From an uncultured Phycisphaeraceae bacterium (lineage in GTDB: Bacteria > Planctomycetota > B15-G4 > JADJEK01), in assembly GCA_964580365.1 (NCBI GenBank), contig CAZOLL010000001.1:1-46226 (forward strand): 46,226 nucleotides of DNA, in the 5' to 3' direction. The notes under the pieces were generated by a model. That model saw nothing but the letters and a program-made list of their open reading frames with translations, made no database searches and was not told the origin of the DNA. A program made the position numbers and the translations under genes. How positions within the stretch are numbered: the stretch's first letter is position 1; each line of letters starts with the position of its first letter. Below are positions 42,115 to 46,226 of this stretch, piece after piece.

Positions 42115-43580
42115 TGTTCCTCTCCACACGTGAAGGTGCGGCGTTCGCGGCGGGACTCGCCAGCGGCGCGCGCGAGAACATCCTCGTCGACAACGTCCCG
42201 GTGCGGCCGATGCTCGCCGGCGGATGGAAGAAGCACCCGTTCTGCCCCGGCTGGATGACGGCGAACGGCTACCTCGCGGACGAGAAGGCGTGGAGCTCGA
42301 CCGTCGCGAAGCTCGTCGCGTTCGAGGTGCACCAGCACGACTCCGGCCTCACGCTCGCGGACTTGTACCACACGAGCGGACCGGCACAGACCAACGCTTG
42401 CGTGGTCGAGCTGCTCGACATCGCGCTGCGCTTCGAGCTGTACCCGGGCGCCGGCTACGCGCTCACGTGGGGCACACCGCTCCCGATCGAGGAGTACGCG
42501 ACCGGCGTTCCGCCGCAGGTCACCGACGAAGACAGGAACGGGAGGTGGTATCCCGACGTCATCTACACGGGGCAGGCCGGCTCGCCGCGCAACCTCTTCG
42601 TGCCCGCGTTCTTCGACTGCGCCAAAGACCTCCGCCGCCTCGCCCACGGGACGCTGTTCGGTGCGTTCCAGGTGATGCGTCCGATTCAGCGCGTGAACTC
42701 GATCGGCGAGCTGGCGATCGGCGTGTGGTGGGACCCGAGCAAGACGTGGACGAAGCGCGCGTTCCCGGTGTACGACCGGAAGTACGGAGAGCGCGACGTC
42801 GTGCTCGACGGGTACAGCACGAACCACGTCGAGGTCGCCGAGCTTGCGTGCCTCTTCCTCGCGCTCCGCGACCCGCGCAGCTACCGGCAGCTCAAGGCGC
42901 TCGCGCTCGCCTTCCTCCGGTGGGACTGGTACTGCGGCGACGGCGGCGACGAGAGCAAGATCGGCCGCGGCTCGATTCCGTACGACAACAACTCCCGCAT
43001 GAAGGGCCGCTCGCTGATCCTGTGTGCGTGGGCGTTCCTCGCCGCACACGCGGCCGGTGACCAGGAGTTCAAGGACTACGTCGCTCTGCGCGCTGCGGCG
43101 CACGTGGCGAAGATCGCGGCGCTGTGGGACGGCAAGTTCACGCCGTCCGCGACCGCGCCGGACGGGCGGCACCTGTCCGTGCCGTGGGACGCGACGTGGA
43201 TGGTGTCGCTCATCGGGTGGGGCGCCGCGCTGTGCTCTCGCTGGATGGACACGCCGGGCGCCAGCCCGCTCGCGAACCGCGTCGCGGACTGGCTCGAGCG
43301 CCTGTTCGACGCCGGCCCGACGTTCGGGAAGCCCGGCGCGCTGCCGATCGACGTGCCGGCCTCCGGCATCGCCGACCTCGGCGGGGCGACGTGGTACTAC
43401 CCGCCGGGCGCGCCCGAGGCGAAGAACGAGAACATCCTGATCGGGACGGCGTCGTGGTGCTCGCACGTGCTCCGCGCCGTCGGGGGTCCCTCGCCGCTGC
43501 TCGACGCGCTCCGCGCTGCCGGCGAGCACTACCACTACCCGCTCGTGGACAGCACCCCCGTCATTGAGTTCGGCGGCTGA
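42114..43580 (+). CDS. Hypothetical 488-aa protein (possible tail-associated enzyme)
   Basis: TGATG-coupled to groES. Trp/Cys-containing globular composition. Confidence 0.6.
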   Translation: MFLSTREGAAFAAGLASGARENILVDNVPVRPMLAGGWKKHPFCPGWMTANGYLADEKAWSSTVAKLVAFEVHQHDSGLTLADLYHTSGPAQTNACVVELLDIALRFELYPGAGYALTWGTPLPIEEYATGVPPQVTDEDRNGRWYPDVIYTGQAGSPRNLFVPAFFDCAKDLRRLAHGTLFGAFQVMRPIQRVNSIGELAIGVWWDPSKTWTKRAFPVYDRKYGERDVVLDGYSTNHVEVAELACLFLALRDPRSYRQLKALALAFLRWDWYCGDGGDESKIGRGSIPYDNNSRMKGRSLILCAWAFLAAHAAGDQEFKDYVALRAAAHVAKIAALWDGKFTPSATAPDGRHLSVPWDATWMVSLIGWGAALCSRWMDTPGASPLANRVADWLERLFDAGPTFGKPGALPIDVPASGIADLGGATWYYPPGAPEAKNENILIGTASWCSHVLRAVGGPSPLLDALRAAGEHYHYPLVDSTPVIEFGG

Positions 43581-43607
43581 TGAGTTCGGACAAACGCGCT
43601 GGCGCAC

Positions 43608-43681
43608 GTCGCGCGAGTAGTTCAGCGGCAGAACCCCGCAAACCGCGGGATGTCGTCGGTTCGAATCCGACCCGCGCGACC
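43608..43681 (+). tRNA. tRNA-like element (probably degenerate or pseudo-tRNA)
   Basis: Canonical T-arm GTCGG-TTCGAAT-CCGAC. D-arm GTTC-AGCGGCA-GAAC. 8-bp acceptor-like stem GTCGCGCG/CGCGCGAC. The anticodon arm is CCCGC-AAACC-GCGGG with only a 5-nt loop, and the junction spacings are non-canonical. Confidence 0.4.
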
Positions 43682-43818
43682 TCTGCGCCGGCGCCCTTCT
43701 TCGTGCCGTGGAACCCGTTCGAACCGCCATCGGTTCCGCCGGGAACCGTGCTCGTCGATCGCCACGAGTCCCTCGCGGGCTGGTGGTTCGTCAAGGAGAG
43801 GCGCAAGAAGCCGCGCCA

Positions 43819-43845
43819 TTGATCCCCGTTCCGGGCCTGTAGAAT
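43819..43845 (+). promoter_or_regulatory. Candidate sigma70-type promoter upstream of the tailspike gene
   Basis: TTGATC-N15-TAGAAT. The spacer is short. Confidence 0.35.
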
Positions 43846-43881
43846 CCCTCCGCGGCGTCGCCACCGCCCGGAGGGATTCGC

Positions 43882-45828
43882 ATGGCCGGTGCTGCGCGGG
43901 GCATGTTCTACGGGCGGCGACAGGTCACAGGGGATGCGACGGACCCGGTCGAGTCCGGGTACTCGGTGGGGCCGGGCGGACAGTTCGAGGGGATCACGGC
44001 CGCGGCGATTCAGGCCGCGCACGACGCGCTCCCCTCCTCCGGCGGCATCATTCAGCTCTCGCCGGCGACGTACACGCTCGAAGCGAACGTCACCATCACT
44101 AAGCCGAACGTGTGGATTCGCGGCTCGCGCGGCGCGAAGCTCGTCCCCACCGGCTCCGGCTCGATCGGCGCGTTCCAGTTCAGCGCCGAGGACTGCCGCC
44201 TCTCCGGCATCAAGGTCAGCGTCGAGAGCGCGGTCAACGACCAGCGCATGATCTCCGCCGGCTCCGGCGCGAACAACTTCGTGTGCGAGGACGTGCTGAT
44301 CGACTGCGTGACTGCGGCCGGCTCGGGGTCGAACCCGATGCACGGCATCGACATCCGCAACACCTTCGGCGCGCGCATCCGCGGCTGCGACATCTACCCC
44401 GCGAAGGGCTTCCGCCCGTCGTACACGCTGCTCAACAGCGACATCCGCATGAGCGACGTCCAGATCCGCACGCCGTCCGCGACGTTCGGCGGGACGCAGC
44501 GCGGGTGCTACGAGGCGATCCGGTGGGAAGGCAACCGCTACCAGCGCCTCACGAGCGTCTCGGTCCTCGGCCTCGGCACGCTCACGACGGACGAGTGCAA
44601 TGAGGTCGTCGTCATCAAGGGCGACGTCACGAAGACGGTGTCGGGCGGCGACTACGCCGGCCTCAAGATCAAGGATCTCACGATCGCGAAGTGCGCGTCG
44701 CCGAAGCTGCTCTCGCTGTACGGCGTGGTCGGCTTCCAGATGACCGAGGTGCACCTCGAGGACCCGCTCGGTGCCATTGCGGCGGCGGGAGAAGCGGCGC
44801 TGTTCATCACGTCGGAGGACGACACCTCGACCGTCGGCGACGAGAGCAAAATCTGCGGCGTCGGCGAGATCAACGACATCGTGTTCGAGAACGCGGCGAC
44901 CGGCGCCGGCGTGTGCGGGTACTTCAAGGACGGAAAGAAGATCGGTGTCGCGAACGTCCAGGTGCACGCGCCGACGAACGGCCCGACGAACATGTTCATG
45001 GTGAACATCGACCGCGTGCGCATCCTCACGGTCGGGAAGAACATCCTGAACGGCGACGAAACGAACACGATGATGGGATGGGAGTTCGAGTGCGCCGCCG
45101 CGCCGCAGGCGAAGGGCCTCTACTTGCGCGGCCCGTGGGAGCACAGCTCGCTGCTCGTCGCGCCCTACCCGCCGCGCGAGCCGGCGATCCTGTGGGCCGG
45201 CGGCGCCGGCTCGATCTACGAGGATGGGTCGGAGTTCTACGGCCACAACCTCGGCAACGGCACGATCCCGTTCGCCGCGCGGCCGCGCCCGCTGATCGAC
45301 AGCTCCGGGCTCGGCGTGACCGTCGCTGGCAACGTCGTGAACGTGCCGACGGTGACGACGCTCGTCGGCACCGCGAGCGGCTCGGCGAACTACGCGACGA
45401 AGATCGTCGCGAACAAGCTGAACCGCCTGCTGTGCGGCTTCGGCTACTCGCAGCCGCTTCTCGCGCACAACGGTGGAACGCCCGCGGGCGACGGCTCGGT
45501 CGCGGCGGTGGTGACGGCGGCGAACTTCAACACCGAGATCCAAGAGATCGAGAAGAAGATCAACGAGTTCATCGACATGCCGAAGTCGGCCGCGGGCGTG
45601 CGGAAGTTCCACGCGACGCGCATGAACGGCGTCGGCGGCGCGGGCGCGGTGGCGGCGTTCACCAACCTCACCGGCGGCACCGCGGTCGCGACCGGCGTGC
45701 TCGTGGCGATCTCGGACGCGACGACCGCGAACAACGTGCTCGCGACGTTCATCTCGCTCATCGAGGCGATGGGCGGATACCTCGCCATCTCGAACCAGAG
45801 TGGGCACCCGAGCGGCGGCAACGCCTGA
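43882..45828 (+). CDS. Tailspike/depolymerase with a right-handed beta-helix (pectate-lyase-like) fold
   Basis: GGIIQLSPATYTL...VTITKPNVWIRG and repeated G-x-N/D-x-hydrophobic rungs. 648 aa. Last gene before the junction. Confidence 0.6.
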   Translation: MAGAARGMFYGRRQVTGDATDPVESGYSVGPGGQFEGITAAAIQAAHDALPSSGGIIQLSPATYTLEANVTITKPNVWIRGSRGAKLVPTGSGSIGAFQFSAEDCRLSGIKVSVESAVNDQRMISAGSGANNFVCEDVLIDCVTAAGSGSNPMHGIDIRNTFGARIRGCDIYPAKGFRPSYTLLNSDIRMSDVQIRTPSATFGGTQRGCYEAIRWEGNRYQRLTSVSVLGLGTLTTDECNEVVVIKGDVTKTVSGGDYAGLKIKDLTIAKCASPKLLSLYGVVGFQMTEVHLEDPLGAIAAAGEAALFITSEDDTSTVGDESKICGVGEINDIVFENAATGAGVCGYFKDGKKIGVANVQVHAPTNGPTNMFMVNIDRVRILTVGKNILNGDETNTMMGWEFECAAAPQAKGLYLRGPWEHSSLLVAPYPPREPAILWAGGAGSIYEDGSEFYGHNLGNGTIPFAARPRPLIDSSGLGVTVAGNVVNVPTVTTLVGTASGSANYATKIVANKLNRLLCGFGYSQPLLAHNGGTPAGDGSVAAVVTAANFNTEIQEIEKKINEFIDMPKSAAGVRKFHATRMNGVGGAGAVAAFTNLTGGTAVATGVLVAISDATTANNVLATFISLIEAMGGYLAISNQSGHPSGGNA

Positions 45829-45838
45829 GAAATCGCTC

Positions 45839-45873
45839 TTGACCGGCTGCGCCGATGCGGTATTATGTACCGC
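45839..45873 (+). promoter_or_regulatory. Sigma70-type promoter with palindromic operator motif (rightward early operon, leaderless)
   Basis: TTGACC-N16-TATTAT-GTACCGC-ATG. The motif TGCGGTATTATGTACCGCA lies at 45856-45874. Confidence 0.65.
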
Positions 45874-46226
45874 ATGGCGACAACCCACATCTTCCACGCG
45901 AGCGAGCTGCCGCTCATCGCGACGAACCCGGCCGCGTGGTCGCTCAAGCGCGAGGCCGGCGTCTTCTCCGACTCGGAGCCGGCCGCGCTCGGCCGCGCGT
46001 TCGCGCGCGCGATGGAGCTGGCGTGCAAGGTCGGCCGCGCGAAGGTCGACCTCGAGAAGGTGCGCGAGGAGTTCCAGGTCCCGATGGAGGACCTGCGCGA
46101 GCTGTGGGACCTCGTGAGCTACGACCCGGCGGGCTGGACGGCGGAGATGCCGTTCCACATGCGCTGGCCCTGCCCGGACGACAGCGGTGACACGATGGAG
46201 GTTCACTGCCGCGTCGACCGCGTGCG
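45874..46226 (+). CDS. Cas4/RecB-family PD-(D/E)XK exonuclease, N-terminal part; wraps the junction and continues in 3..764
   Basis: ATG at 45874 lies 7 nt after the -10 box TATTAT. The frame runs off the window end (MATTHIFHASELPL...WPCPDDSGDTMEVHCRVDRV) and matches the frame of ORF 24..764 once the 55-bp overlap is removed, giving about 353 aa in total. Confidence 0.8.
   Translation, partial: MATTHIFHASELPLIATNPAAWSLKREAGVFSDSEPAALGRAFARAMELACKVGRAKVDLEKVREEFQVPMEDLRELWDLVSYDPAGWTAEMPFHMRWPCPDDSGDTMEVHCRVDRV
46172..46226. repeat. Terminal direct repeat, copy 2 (circular-closure overlap)
   Basis: Identical to bases 1-55. Confidence 0.95.

Noticed and set aside
43600-43700. attP site for tRNA-targeted integration
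   Set aside because: This is plausible in principle, given that the element is derived from a tRNA 3' end. However, no tyrosine or serine recombinase is recognisable anywhere in the genome, so it is reported only as a tRNA-like element.
43561-46206. 881-aa minus-strand ORF antisense to the tailspike gene
   Set aside because: R/A/D/V-rich junk composition. The plus-strand beta-helix protein has a normal composition and a clear SD.

Overview
The window appears to be a complete, circularly closed dsDNA phage genome. Bases 1-55 are identical to 46172-46226, so the unique length is about 46.17 kb. It is visibly very GC-rich. The true reading frames have G/C at nearly every third codon position. 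Most long R/A/P/G-rich ORFs in the six-frame track are therefore out-of-frame or antisense artefacts.

Gene layout:
- A rightward recombination/early operon wraps the junction (45874 to about 4930). It encodes a Cas4-like PD-(D/E)XK exonuclease, a RecT-like annealase, SSB and a membrane/lipoprotein cassette with a PLA2-like protein.
- Three leftward operons of small genes lie at 8923-4952, 11523-10297 and 14271-12201. They include a DUF3560-like, a DUF1064-like and an RHH protein.
- A long rightward structural operon runs 14287-45828 with a podovirus-like layout: TerL, portal, scaffold, capsid, a 1436-aa tail protein, internal/ejection proteins including a 2165-aa ORF, and a beta-helix tailspike.
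- A small divergent cassette plus a GroES homologue is inserted near 40.6-42.1 kb.

I did not recognise an integrase, a replicative polymerase/primase or a muralytic endolysin by eye.

Most notable observations:
1. A roughly 1.3-kb gene-free region (about 8985-10296) carries an array of GGTC[C/G]GACC palindromes and a C-rich to G-rich strand-composition flip.
2. A dispersed palindromic promoter/operator motif (TGCGGTA-N5-TACCG) sits at every operon boundary. It is placed so that several genes would be translated from leaderless mRNAs.
3. The giant ejection-module ORF combines a ParB-like domain and an SF2 helicase. A codon-optimal +1-frame gene is embedded in its linker.
4. A degenerate tRNA-like element lies in the gap before the tailspike gene.

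All functional calls come from motif recognition by eye. No database search was run.
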